DNA of 40,193 bases from Candidatus Magasanikiibacteriota bacterium (GTDB lineage Bacteria > Patescibacteriota > Patescibacteriia > Magasanikbacterales > UBA922), in assembly GCA_016214105.1 (NCBI GenBank), contig JACRPD010000023.1:1-40193 (forward strand). The letters run 5' to 3'. The notes under the pieces are model-generated. The model had not been told where the DNA came from and ran no database searches. It saw nothing but the letters and a program-made list of their open reading frames with translations. The translations under genes were made by a program, and so were the position numbers. Positions within the stretch are counted from its first letter, which is position 1. The number at the start of each line of letters is the position of its first letter. Positions 40,152 to 40,193 of the stretch are shown here, piece after piece.

Positions 40152-40193
40152 TCCCCTCTCCTCGTAGGAGAGGGACAGGGTGAGGTCTCAACG
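40152..40193 (-). repeat. GC-rich palindromic repeat family, copy R6 (truncated by the window edge)
   Basis: TCCCCTCTCCTCGTAGGAGAGGGACAGGGTGAGGTCTCAACG, homologous to the left half of R3. Confidence 0.7.

Overview
This is a 40.2-kb chromosomal segment. From gene content and style alone, I infer a small, AT-rich Patescibacteria/CPR-like bacterium using the standard genetic code (TGA is used as a stop). Backbone genes, in order: gyrB 3' end; secE-nusG-rplK; ldh and a Kazal-domain lipoprotein wedged between rplK and rplA; a HIT-like / pyruvate-kinase-like / PEP-utilizer swivel-domain operon; a contiguous dTTP-synthesis block (dCMP deaminase, P-loop kinase, dut, thyA, folA, tmk); gatB; miaB-miaA; thrS; a type IV pilus assembly block (pilB-pilC-pilM-pilN-pilO); an RNA methyltransferase; SpoIID; a Wzx-type flippase; an O-antigen-ligase-like protein; an IS200/RAYT-like transposase; uvrA; a Cys-rich membrane protein; a CxxS DsbA-like protein; and a NUDIX hydrolase. 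No rRNA, tRNA or CRISPR array was found. The most unusual content is non-genic architecture. (1) A four-helix-bundle (23S-rRNA-IVS/Avd-family) gene is enclosed by a 27-bp long-range stem and inserted exactly between nusG and rplK, with ORF-less relatives of the same hairpin in the secE and nusG leaders. (2) Sequence-unrelated hairpins built from 7-8-nt units lie in other 5' leaders (folA, miaB). (3) The same kind of 8-nt-unit tracts sit in frame inside coding genes, and the position that would create an in-frame TAA is mutated in every copy. (4) A GC-rich palindromic repeat family has six copies. (5) A 0.5-kb GC-rich gene cassette carries the only strong Shine-Dalgarno sequence I could find in the window. 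The best candidate for an undescribed enzymatic system is the HIT / PK-like / swivel-domain operon at 5707-8456. All calls come from reading the sequence and the ORF translations. No database search was run.
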